The translations under genes and the position numbers were made by a program. Shown one piece after another: positions 14,137 through 25,894 of a DNA stretch of 64,000 bases. Each line of letters begins with the position of its first letter. Position 1 is the stretch's first letter. The notes under the pieces are model-generated. The model was not told the origin of the DNA and did not search any database. It saw only the letters and a program-made list of their open reading frames with translations. Where the stretch lies: assembly GCF_009914755.1 (NCBI RefSeq), contig NC_060941.1. One strand, given 5' to 3'. Source of the stretch: the human T2T-CHM13v2.0 reference genome, Homo sapiens.

Positions 14137-15173
14137 AAACTAGGTTAAGGTCTGTGAGCTCACTTTCCTCCTAGCTGAAGGGGCAGCCTTTGAGTTTAAG
14201 TTTCCATGGGACTGAGACCATCTTTCTTGTGGTCAAGGAGACTGCATCATCCCAAGTTCCAAGTAAAAAGACGTCAAGTTCCAAGTACAAAGCTGTCTTG
14301 TCCAGGCAATATTGCAAATTGCAAGTACTGCAAATACAGACTGCTCAGTGGCAAGTATTCTGTTCATTTCTTCACTGAAAAGGCCATTTTCTCTTGCTTA
14401 TTCTATAAGAAGGAGCACCAATGGAGTGGGAAGACGAGTTCCCCCACCAGAGCAGGACCCATGCTAGGTTTAGTAGATGTCCACATCTAGATTTTCAGCT
14501 ACAGTGCTCACAAGGCTTGATTCAGAAAGGATTGACTCTCAAGCTCACTCACGTGGCTGTTATTCCTTGGAATAACTGAGAGCTTGAGAACTGCATATGG
14601 CTCTGTCTTTTTGTCTCTGGCTCGGGGTTTCCTTTTTTCCAATATAGTTTGCTTTATAATCTATGCTCTATTTTAAGTTGTGGACTTCATTCCGACCACT
14701 TGGACCTTCTTTCCCCCAGAAAAACACAGACAAATAAGTGAGATCCTAAAGATCCATCCGAGGTATTTATTCTGTATTTTTCCCTCCATCAAGAGTGGAA
14801 ATGTATGGAGAGAGAGTTAACTATTGCTCCTCACCCTTGCACACATGCATGTGTGCATGCACATGCATACACATGCACCAATGAAGGGTAGAGAAATACA
14901 AAAAGATAGGACAGATTTGGGATATACAAGTAGGTCTGTATTGCAAGACAAATAGGTAAGTTGACAGTCACGGTGTATTGAAGTACCAGAATGCCACATC
15001 CATAGGGCCATCCTGTTGCACAACTTCACGCTGCCCAACCCAGTAAGGAGTGGTTCCCCCTGTAGTCGTGGAATGCAGTGGTCTTAGCAGAGCCCTTAGA
15101 TGACCCCAGTCACTATATATCTTCTTCTCTCCTTGATCTTTCTTATTTTAGAGATGACAGTTTTACAGGCATA

Positions 15174-15176
<3 letters not shown>

Positions 15177-15210
<34 letters not shown>
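15177..15210. repeat. Poly-A run (34 nt) with no Alu/L1 body
   Basis: Direct read. Confidence 0.95.
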
Positions 15211-15213
<3 letters not shown>

Positions 15214-17490
15214 GTCCAAAACCTGCCACCAAGGCACAGAATTGCCTCTTACCTTCCTTTTGTTTTTGTGGGGCTGCCCAAAATAAGTAGCAGGATGATT
15301 CATCGTAGCCTCTGGAAGTTGTCTGACAGAACTCTATTCCGGTGTGTGACTGAAGCTACTTATAGCTTGTGTCATTTTCTGCAATAACTCAGTTCCAAGC
15401 AAAGATTAATGCAGTTAGAGCATTTTGCAGAAATAGTAAACCACCCTTGCAACTGATTGCGATTCTAGAGCTTCCTTGCCTGTGAGTTATTCATGTAGCT
15501 CTCCAGCGTTGTTTTCATAAACAGATATTGTTTCATTGGTTGCTAATCACTTCTGCCAAAGTTAGAGTAGGCTCAAGGCCAGGGGAAATAGGGAGGTTTT
15601 ATTCAAAGAAGCAAAGTTTTCAAGGTATAAAAAATGCCAAACTACTCACTGTTCCAGACTTTTCTTATACTAATGAACACTGAATGTATGTTTAAGAAAA
15701 ATTTGTATTCAAAGTTTGTGTATGATATCTCATCTGATCATGCTTTTTTTTGTAATCAACCCACTGAATTATTTAATTTTTCACAAGTTACTTTTTCACT
15801 ATATTCACTGGGTTGGCAATGATATTTTTCTGTGTCAAAATAAATGACAGTCATGAAAGTAAATACCGTAAGATTTACCAGAAAGACTAATCTATCATTG
15901 CTTCTTTTATTACTTATTCTCAGAAGATAACATTGCTAGAAAAAATAACTTTAAGTGAACAACATTATAACTAATGGCTTGCTGTTTGTTTGCTTGTTTG
16001 TTTTTAATCATTAAAAGTTTTCTGGGCTGTGATGGTGCATCAGACCAGAAGGTACCAGAAGCACAGAGACCCTAGAAAAGTGCGTAGCATATGGTAGAGA
16101 CTCCATAGGACTACTGAACAGTAGAGCAACCGTCTAGCAGGACTACACGTCTTTCTTGGGCTTTTCAGTGATCCTTATTTGTATGTGAGAAACATTACTT
16201 AATGGTAATATGTAAAGAAGTCATTTCAGTTGAGGCCCTCACTGCTCTCACTCTTGAACCAGGACTATTTTGAATTCCAGCTTACTTATTAGATTCAATG
16301 CTCTCAAGAAAATTTATAGTTTAAGTGTTCAACCAATCTCTGAAATACAGTTGAGAGAAATCATCCTTGGAAATAACAACCTAAAAGTTAACTGCATCAG
16401 ACACCCTTTCCTGCTGGGTTTTGCACAGGCAAGATATTCATGTGTCATTCCTGGTCAGATGAAATGTCTCTAGCATCTCCTTCCTTCACTTATGTGTAAA
16501 GAGGCTTGGTGGTTAATTTTCTAATTTAGCAGATGCAAAAGTAGAAATGTGAAGGAAAAGGAGCTTCCTCAGGTGAACTTCAGGGAAAAGACCTCAGAAA
16601 AAATATTTAGCTCCATGTTATAACTTTGCTCACATCATTTTCTTCATTCAGAGTCACTGCAATTATGCGCATCAATCATTATGGGTGAAATCAGCAATCT
16701 TTAAGTTTACTTCCATTGCTAACATTCAATTTTCTCTCCCAAAAGTTAGTTACTTTTCTCTTTTATTCTTTTCCTCATAGTTACAGAGATTAACGAATAT
16801 GTTTCATTCATATTTTGTGTCAAGCGGGGCCTAGAAGAGTGAACAAGGCTGAGACATCTCATAGTGGGTTCAGTAGGCTTAAGAAAGTAAAGTTCTTCCT
16901 TTTGGTTATAGATTCTCAATTTAAGCCCAAGTAGCATTAACGTTGTCAAAGTTTACCTGGTAAAACACAAATTTTCTTGCCAAGGCAAACAGTCAGTCTG
17001 AAAATTGTAGGAACCAACGTATAGGGTCCAGATATTAGAAAAGCTTAGAGACAGATGTGGTCAAGCATGCACATGAAAAGTCACCTGGAATAATTCTAGA
17101 AGTAAGTCAGACATTTCCAAAGGGTTTCTGTGTGGTAATTTATTAGATTCCATTGGTTTGTTGGACTCATTTAAAGGATATACTATAAAACAGATAAATC
17201 TGTTCATATTGTCATATCACTTATACTTTATAATCATTTTTATTTGATGTATCTAATAGAGGAAGAGTAATGCAGTCTTTAATATTATTTCAGTCTTTTT
17301 TTCTTAATGTGGAACAGTAACAATGGAACAGAATCACCCTTGACAATTGCTAAGGCAGAATGACTTTTAAGTGGCTTCTCTACTTATAGCACTGAGAATA
17401 ATCCACTGCTCCAATATTACCTCCACCCAACCATCATCAATAAGCTAATGCACTTATTGCATAAAGTCTAAACAACCTTACAATTTCTAG

Positions 17491-17689
17491 CAGCAGTGTC
17501 AAAAAGAACTTTCTGTAATGCCAAAAACATTCTCTCTATATATGTGTACTGTTCAATAGATGACTATTAGGCACTTGAAATGTGGCTAGTGCAACTAAAG
17601 AAATCAGTTTTAAATTTTTGTTTAATTTCAGTTAATTTAAATGTAAACAGCAATTTATGACTACCGGCTACCATATTGGACAGTGACAG
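17491..17689. mobile_element. MER3 (hAT-Charlie MITE)
   Basis: 'agaactttctg..gcacttgaaatgtggctagtgcaact..ggctaccatattggacag'. Confidence 0.85.
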
Positions 17690-17878
17690 TTTTATAGTTT
17701 CAGCATCTTGTCTCTTACCTCTTTACAGAGACTTTTGAATTATTTGAGCCAAACAAGGTATGTTTCAGGCCACCTCATCATTATGCTGGCTTATTAACTC
17801 AATTAGAATATCAGACCATAATGGCTTTATTTCACTTTTGATTCTTATTTGAAAAATATCTACATTATACCCATAAAC

Positions 17879-17936
17879 AAACACACACACACACACCCCC
17901 CTACACACACACACACACCTACACACACACACACCT
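17879..17936. repeat. Compound (CA)n microsatellite
   Basis: Three CA blocks separated by short C/T spacers. Confidence 0.9.
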
Positions 17937-18279
17937 CCATCTTATTTCCCAAACCGTGCACATAAAAACACAGGCTTAGTGCTTAATGTAAAAAAAAAAA
18001 AAAAGCATAAACTTCAAAGATGTTTCATGGTACCTAGGCAGGTAGAGCTTTTCTTCCTGTTTCATTGTGACCAACATTATTACAGTCAGGAACAACTTTT
18101 ATTCAGAAAACTTATCTTCTAAAATAGCTATAAATACTAGAAAAGCATATGAGAAATTGAGCTTGTGAGGAAAGCTACAGAAGAAAAAGTAAGAAAGGCT
18201 TTGGAAAAATATGCATTATGGTTTCTTGTGCATGCGGCTATAGAGAGACATCTCAACTAAGGTAATTTGTATATTTGTA

Positions 18280-18455
18280 AGAGTCATAAGTGACTGGATT
18301 CCAGTCCCAGTTCTACCACTTACTAGGTGTAATGACACTGGCCATGTTAATGAACCTCTCTGAGTCTGAGATTCCTTATCCATCAAACAAGATGATTTCT
18401 GACACTTAAAATCTTCGTGGATATTAAATAAGACAATATGTGCAAATAACTTAAT
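18280..18455 (+). mobile_element. MIR
   Basis: 'tcccagttctaccacttactaggtgt..aacctctctgagtctgagattccttatc' MIR core. Confidence 0.75.
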
Positions 18456-19109
18456 ATTTATTCTATTACTAGAATACTAGTATACTAAAGTATACTAACA
18501 GTAGACTTTAAATATGTTAATTCCTTTTCTTTCTATTTTTAAGGCAAATGTTTTGAAACATATGAAAACTAATTGAAGCCATATACTCCAGAAATATGCA
18601 ATCAATAAGACACTTCTGTGAAATGAGTTCACTGTGACTTTGTTAGTAGGTTCTATGAAACTAGGGTATCTCCAGACCCTAGGCAGATGGTCACATTTTG
18701 AGGGGGAATAAAGCATCTTTATCAGAAAATTCTTTTTGGTTGGTTCCTTCATTATGACTCGGAAAAATGCCATTTAAACAGATGGATATGAATACAGGCA
18801 ACCAGAGAGGCTGCACTTGTACCCCTAGTCTTGGCATGTGGCACCAGATTCCCTCACCAGGCTGTCAAAACAGCTGCTGTGCATTTCCCCCACCTGCAGT
18901 TACAAAGCTCTGCCAAGAGTATCCCAGCTTAGAGAAGAACCTGTATAGTTCATTCTCCTGGGTTGGAGGCCACACTTACTGCCTTTGGAGCACTAGGGGC
19001 GCCTTTTCACATCTTTCTTTAAAATCCTGGGAATGAAAAAGATATGTAACCTTTCCAGTTCATCTATCCTTTCATTAACATTGAAGTGACAGCAAGTCTT
19101 GGTAGAAAA

Positions 19110-19550
19110 AATGGGATATATATTCAAAACTCCACTTGACCATTCACTTGTAGTTAAATAAAGTTACTTTAACAGCTTTGATCCTTAGTTACATCTTTTC
19201 CAAGTGGAAATAAACAATATTTGATAAAATTGTAGTGGTAGTTAGGAATAATGATGAAAGAGAGTCTAGATAGTTGTGGTGGTCATGGTAGTACTAAGAG
19301 TTGCAATGGCAACATGTAACATTTATTTACTGTTTGTTATACATCAAGTATGGTTCTACATGCTTTACAAGTATTAGGCATTTAACCCTTATAGTCATTG
19401 CATAAACATATGTATTTTGTAAGATAGTTGAAGATAATGAGGCAGAATGAATTTAACTTGCTCAAGATTACAGAGCTAGAAAGGTATGAAGTGGTAAATA
19501 AAACTCAGGAAGTCTGACTCCAGAGCCTGCATACTTACGAATTACTATAG
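19110..19550. mobile_element. Two tail-to-tail MIR fragments (+ ~19110-19270; - ~19315-19550)
   Basis: Minus copy: 'aacttgctcaagattacagagctag..aactcaggaagtctgactccagagcc'; the plus copy is more decayed. Confidence 0.6.
19300..19313. promoter_or_regulatory. RFX X-box-like palindrome
   Basis: GTTGCAATGGCAAC, one mismatch from GTTGCCATGGCAAC; motif match only. Confidence 0.4.
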
Positions 19551-20667
19551 GTGTTAAGGGAATGGTAACTATTTTTATGGGGAAGCAAAGATCCACAGAA
19601 AATTGAGTATGTTAATGAAATCTCCATTGATGAAAAGCAAATGACAGCTATAAGGCCTGTGAATGATTTCTATCTGGTACTTCTTGCTTAGGTAGGAAAA
19701 ATTTGCTGAGGAAAGGATAATTCAAAATCACTCCTTTTTATGGGAACACAGAAATAGTGTTACAGAAGTCACGTCGTTACATGAGTATTATAAAGTAGCA
19801 GTATAATTTAAGTAATTAAGCAAATCCTGAAATAATTGTTTTTATATTTTAATTGCTGACAGAATATATTTAGTTAATGGATTTTATATTCTTTAATTTA
19901 CATTTGATATTAATTATAGTCTATATTTATGTGTAGTTTTACACACAGCACATTAAACACAGCTTGATCTGATGAAATTGATTTTATCATATCTGGCAAA
20001 AATTAACCATTTGTGGAAACCAGATTGGTCTCACTTGTATGTTTGAAACCTTTTGTACCAAGTAGTTTCTGTTTTTGCTTCTAAGTGTCGCAGATCTAAG
20101 GAAAAGAATATCAATTCAACACTACAACAAAGTTAAAAAGTAGATTCATTTGGATTCAATTTAAGCTTATAGAAATAAAAAGCCTTCAGTGTGCTTACTT
20201 TGAACTGAATATTTAGAACATGAGATCAAATGCTCTGTATTATAAAGGCAACAAGTCCTCAAATATATGCTTTGGTTCATATAAAGTCTGTAATGAAAAG
20301 AGATGTCAGGGAAGTGGAGACAGGTTGAGATAGAAACACATACAATTAGGCAAAGAGATATTAAGAAATAAAGAAAAGGGAACAGGTAAAAGAAAGAAGA
20401 TGGAAAAGATGGAAGATGGAAAAGAAACAAAAGGGAGAGAGACCTCGGCCTTGCTAAATTCTGTTCCCAATTTCTTTAGTTCATCTCTGCTTGGATTCTC
20501 TCTTCCTATGCCACAGCCCAGAAAGTACACTGAGGCAGAAACCTGGGGCAATATTAGGGCCACTTAATATGATTTCCTTCTCTCATAGATCTTAATCTTG
20601 TCACCTGACATGTGAATATAGTTGGATCATACCCTTTACAGAGTCTTAGAGCTATTTACTTTGAGGG

Positions 20668-20885
20668 GCATGGCAGACTGAATAATAACTCTCTGAAGAT
20701 ACTAACATGTGAACAACCAGAACCCTTAAATACATCACCTTATACCGGAAAATAAATTGCACATATAAATAAATCAAGGGTCTTGATATGGGGAGATTAT
20801 CCTGGATTATCTGGTTGAGCCCAATGTAATCACAGGATCTTTATGAGAGAGAAGGAAGGTCAGAGTCAGAGAGAGGAAGACGTGA
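20668..20885 (+). mobile_element. MLT1C/D LTR 5' fragment
   Basis: 'ggcagactgaataat..ggggagattatcctggattatctgg..cccaatgtaatcacagg'. Confidence 0.8.
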
Positions 20886-21862
20886 AAACTTCTAAAGAAA
20901 ATTTAGGAAAAATATTTTGTGGCATTTGGTTAGATTTCTTAGCTGCAACACCAAAAGCGTAATTCATAATAGAAATACATCATAAATTGAACTTCTTCAA
21001 AATTAAAAATTTCTGCTCTTCAAAAGACGTGAAGAGAATTAAAACACAAAACAGGGCAGGAGGGAATATTTGCAAATCACATATCTGATATGATTCCATT
21101 TACATAATATTTTGTAAAAGACAGAACTATAGGGACAGAAACGAATTTAGTTGCTGCTGGATGCTTGAACTGGAGAGAGCTGACTACAATCTCCTTCATA
21201 GGTTGACTGTGGCATTTGTTACACTACTGTATGCATTTACCAAAACTCACAGAACTTTACACCAAATGTGGTGAATTCTACTATATTTAAATTATAATAC
21301 AATTGTATTTGTCAGAGGGACAGGACTAATAGGATAGATGCATATATGAAAGGGAGTTTATTAAGGAGTATTGATTCACAGGATCACAAGGTGAAGTCCC
21401 ACAATAGATCATCTGCAAGCTGAGGAGCAAGGGAGCCAGTCCGAGTCCTAAAACCTTAAAAGTGGGGAAGCTGACAATGCAGCCTTCAGTCTGTGGCCAA
21501 AGGCCAGAGAGAACCTGGCAAACCACTGGTGTAGGTCCAAGAGTCCAAAAGCTGAAGAGCTTAGAGTCTGGTGTTTGAGGGCAGGAAGCATCTAGCACAG
21601 GAGAAGCATGAAGGCCAGAAGACTCAGCAAGTCTAGTCCTTCCATGTTCCTCTGCCTGCTTTTATCCTAGCTGTGTTGGCAGCTGATTAGATGGTGCCCG
21701 CCTGAATTAAGGGTGGGTCTGCCTCTCCAGTCCACTGACTCAAATTTTAATCTCCTTTGGCAACAACCTCACAGACACACCCAGGAACAATACTTTGCAT
21801 CCTTAAATCAATCATGTTGACACTCATTAACTATCACGCCAATAAATCCAAGTTAAAAAGAA
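20886..21862 (+). mobile_element. Old L1 (ORF2 end plus 3'UTR, internally deleted), tail interrupted by MLT2A
   Basis: 'aaattaaaaatttctgctcttcaaaagac', 'atttgcaaatcacatatctgata' joined to 'tgattccatttacata'; aataaa tail resumes after 21838. Confidence 0.75.
21304..21838 (-). mobile_element. MLT2A1/A2 (HERV-L) solo LTR
   Basis: 'gagggacaggactaatagga..gggagtttattaaggagtattga..tctgcaagctgaggagcaagg'; ends 'attaactatcac'; approximate TSD acaat/ccaat. Confidence 0.9.
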
Positions 21863-21929
21863 ATTCTCAATTGAACTACGGGGGTATACAGGTATACACG
21901 GGATATGAACTACAGGGGTATACACAGAA

Positions 21930-23670
21930 TGAAATCCTGTCATTTGGTGTACAAATTCTACTAGGGAAGGCCGACAATAACAAGTAAGCATATAAATATA
22001 TAATATAATTTCATTTGACTAATTGATATAATGTTACTTGGCCAAGTCATTTATATTAATGAGTACAATAAGAAACAAACAGAGAAAGATAAAACAGTGT
22101 GCTTTCCAAACTTATTCATGCAATGACAAACAATAAATAATACTTAACATTTAAAGAGCACATTGAGTTAAGCAGGCTAAGGCCGTTTGTGGTCAGGGAG
22201 AACTGGTGGTGGGCGGAGAATAAGAGGGTACAGTAGCCCTAGGCCTTGCCTTGCCATTCTAAGGAGCAGGGGATCAAGGCTTGGTAATTAATGGCTCATA
22301 GACTGGAACATTCTGGGGTAAGGGAATGGATTAGGGGATGACTTCTGGTTTAGCAAAGAGAGACTGGTGAAATGTCTGGAGACATAACATTGAATAGAGA
22401 CCTAGATAAAGGGGGCCAGCCCTGGAAAAATCTGGGGGATGATTGATCTAGACAAAAGAAGAACAATCACAAGGAACTTGTTTTTCATAGAGGAATGAGT
22501 TTGGCAAGTTAGAGAAAAAGCAAGGACTACATAGCAGAGAGTAATGGGAAGTACAGTGGAGGTTAGAAGGTAAGGTCAGACAGGTGGTCACAGCCAAGTC
22601 ATTCAGTCTTAGAGTCAGTGGTAAGATACTTGGGACTGATTTACATGTAATATGAAGCCATTAGAGGGTTTTGAGCTGGAGAGTTATGTGATTTTATTTA
22701 TAGTTTTACAAGATCAATATGATTTTTGGTTTAATACTGTTTTTAAGGGGTTAGTAAAAACAAAGAGATTAGTAAAGTGGCTACTATATTAGTCGAGATG
22801 AAAGATAAGAAAGGCTTAGCTTAGTGTGTTACCTGAAAAATGGGTGAAAACTGTGATACAGGAGTTAAAAAGAAATTACTTAGGCAGATAGAGAGGGTAC
22901 GGAAATCCTCGGTAATGATTTTCCTTTTAATAAAAAGCAGCCCAAAATCATTTTCCTTTCTAACAAAGAGCAGCCTGTAAAATTGAGCTGCAGACATAGT
23001 TGCCAGAAGAGGAATACTACCTGTGACCAGGCATGTTCAAAATGGCGGCTCCATCTTCCCTTCCCTTTGCCAGCCACATGTACAGCAAGGAGTGGACAAG
23101 ATGGTGTTGGTCAACTGGAAGCCCATTTGAATAATAAGATTAGGGTGGAGTGGCCAGCCTTCCCCAGACTGTGTCAACGTCACACCTGATTGAACCAATC
23201 TGTGTGTCCTACATAAATCAGACACTGCCTCCTCAAGCCAGCCTTTTCCTCTGGGAAGCCCCTCTCTCTCACTAGAGAGAGAGCTGTTTTCCTTTCTTTT
23301 TCTTTCTCTTTCTTTTGCCTATTAAACCTCCCATCCTAAACTCCTTGTGTGTGTTTCTGTCCTAAATTTTCGTGGAGCAAGATGACCAACCCTGGGTATT
23401 TACCCCAGACAAGAATGCCACTTCAACTGGTCAGATTAGAAAAATAATCTAAACGTAGAGTTTAAATCAGAATGTGATTTATTTACGGATGTGAGAAGGG
23501 AAATGGTATTAAATGTTTTCTAGATTATTGGTCTGAAAAACTAAGTGGATGGTGATACTACTTAGTAAATGGAGAAAATTGGGAGAAAACATCTTGGAAG
23601 GTGTTTTCAAATATGTTAATTGGACACGCCTGCTAGAAACCATGAGGTAGAATTACGGAGTGTGGTAATG
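21930..23670 (-). mobile_element. L2 fragments (antisense), split by MER50
   Basis: 'gaagccattagagggttttgagc..gtgattttattta..ttttacaagatca' and continuation after 23429. Confidence 0.65.
22854..23425 (+). mobile_element. MER50 (ERV1) solo LTR
   Basis: TGATACAGGAG..AAGAAATTACTTAGGCAGATAG start, CTTCA end; 4-bp TSD ACTG at 22850-22853 and 23426-23429. Confidence 0.88.
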
Positions 23671-23677
23671 CAAGGAG

Positions 23678-25365
23678 AATTCAAGATATGCAAATCAATA
23701 AATGTGATAAATCACTTTACAGAGGAAAGGACAAAACGTGTATTAGTATTTCAGTAGATGCAGAAAAATCACTTGACAAATCTCAATATTCCAACATGAT
23801 TAAAAACTATCAACAAATCAGGTATAGAAGAAAGTAGATTAACACAATAAAGGTCATATATGACAAACCCACAGCTAATATCATACTGAATGGAGAAAAC
23901 TTGAAAGCTTTTCCCTGAGATCTAAAAAAAGACAAGGATTATCTCTTTCATTATTTCTATTCAATAAAGCCCTGGAAGTCTTAGCCAGAGCAAGTAGGCA
24001 AAATAAAGAAATAAAAGTCATCCAAATGGGAAAGGATGAAGTTAAATTGTCTCTGTTTGATGATGATGTAACCATATATATATTTTTTAAAACTACCAAA
24101 AAACTGTCAGAAATAATAAACAAACAGTACAGTTGCAGGATACAAAATTAGTGTATGCAAATCAGTAACATTTCTATACACTAGTAGCAAACTATCTGAA
24201 AAAAAATCAAGAAACAACTCTATTTACAAAGTTATTTAAAAAATAAAATAAGAATAAATATAAACAAAGAGGTAAAAGACCTCTACACTGAAAACTATAA
24301 AACATGGATGCAAGAAACCAAAAAAGACACAAATAAATAAAAAGATATCCCATATTGATGGATGGAAAGAATTAATATAGTTAACATGTCAATACTACCC
24401 AAAGTGATCTACAGATTCAATGCAATCTTCATCGAACTACCAATGACATTCTTCACAGAAACATATAAAAGCAATTCTAAATTTTGTATCAAACCATAAA
24501 AGACTCCCAAAAGCAAAAGCAATCTTGAGCAAAAAGAACAAAGTTGGAGGAATCATGCTATCTAATTTGAAGACAAACTACAAAGCTATAGTAACCAAAA
24601 TACATAGTACTAGCATAAAAACAGACTCATAGACAAATGGAAGAGAATAAAAAGCCCAGAAATACTCCCCATTTATAGCCAATTTTTTTCAATAGAGGCA
24701 CCAAGAACATACAGTGGAGAAAAGACAGTTTCTTCAATAAATGATATTGGAAAACTGGATATCCACATACAGAAGAATGACATTAGACCATTATATCTCA
24801 CCACATACAAAAATCAATTAAAATTGATTAGACTTAAGTGTAAGACCTGAAAGTATAAAACTTCTAGAAGAAAACATAGGAGAAAATCTTGTCGATATAG
24901 GTTTAGGCTAAAAATTTTGGATACGACCTCAAAAGCACCAGCAACGGAAACAAAAATAGACAAATGAGATTACATCAAACTAGAAAGCTTCTGCACAGCA
25001 AAAGAAACAATCAACAGAGTGAAGAACAACCTACAGAATGAGAGAAAACAATTGCACACCATACACTGGATAAGGAACTAACATAAAAATTATATCAGAA
25101 ACTCAAATTGCTCAATAACAAGAAAACTACTGTATTTAAAAATGGGCAAAAAACTTGAATAGGTGTTTCTCAAAAGAAGACATAGGAGGACCAACAGATT
25201 GCATACATAATGTTCAACATCTCAAATCATCAGAGAAACACAAAGTAAGACCACAAAGATGAAAGACAAAAAGTGTTGGTGAGGATGTAGAGAAAAGGGA
25301 ACACTTAACACATTGTTGGTGGGAATGTAAATTAGTAGAGCCATTTGGAAAATTATGAAGATTCA
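23678..25365 (+). mobile_element. L1M/L1MA ORF2 fragment (RT domain to C-terminus, many stops and frameshifts)
   Basis: Decayed RT motifs: gatgcagaaaaatcacttgacaaa (DAEKAFDK-like), agacaagga (RQG), ctgtttgatgatgat (LFADD-like). Confidence 0.92.
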
Positions 25366-25369
25366 ATCA

Positions 25370-25865
25370 GAGAATAAAATCAATTTCTGGGAATATTTAT
25401 TTATAACAAAACACAGTTGATGATACAAAAGAGAGACTATTCACTAGTAAAACCTGAGTTACTAGCCTAGAAGACAAACGAGAAGAAATACCTCAAAGAA
25501 TGAAGCATAAATGCAAGATAATGGAAATAATTGAAAAAAGATAAGATAATTGGGTGCATGTGAAGAAAACCTAATTGAAAGATAGTATTGCAGAAGAAAA
25601 AAAAACTATGTGAGCAAAATAATATTATTAAACAAATATAAGAGAAAATTTCCCCCAGTTGAATAATATATACATCTGCAAATTTAAACTACACACCAAA
25701 TTCCAGGCAGAATTAATGAGAAAAAAAAAAAGAAACCCTAAACATATCTGGGTAAATTTCTTGAATTCCAAGGATAAAGAAAAATACTGATAGTGTCCAA
25801 AAGAAAAGCCTGAGATATTTACAAATAAAACAAAGTCAGTTCTGGCATAAAACTTTCAGAAATTA
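25370..25865 (+). mobile_element. Ancient L1 ORF1/HAL1-like fragment
   Basis: 'aaaatttcccccagttgaa..cctaaacatatctgggtaaatttcttgaattccaaggataaagaaaa' ORF1-like. Confidence 0.65.
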
Positions 25866-25894
25866 AAATATATATGCCTTTCTTTTTTTTTTAG

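Noticed and set aside
19960-20150. Faint resemblance to a hAT transposase C-terminal motif (IGLTCMFETF versus FGSTYxCE)
   Set aside because: Too short and degenerate to support by eye; would need an nhmmer/HMMER hit.
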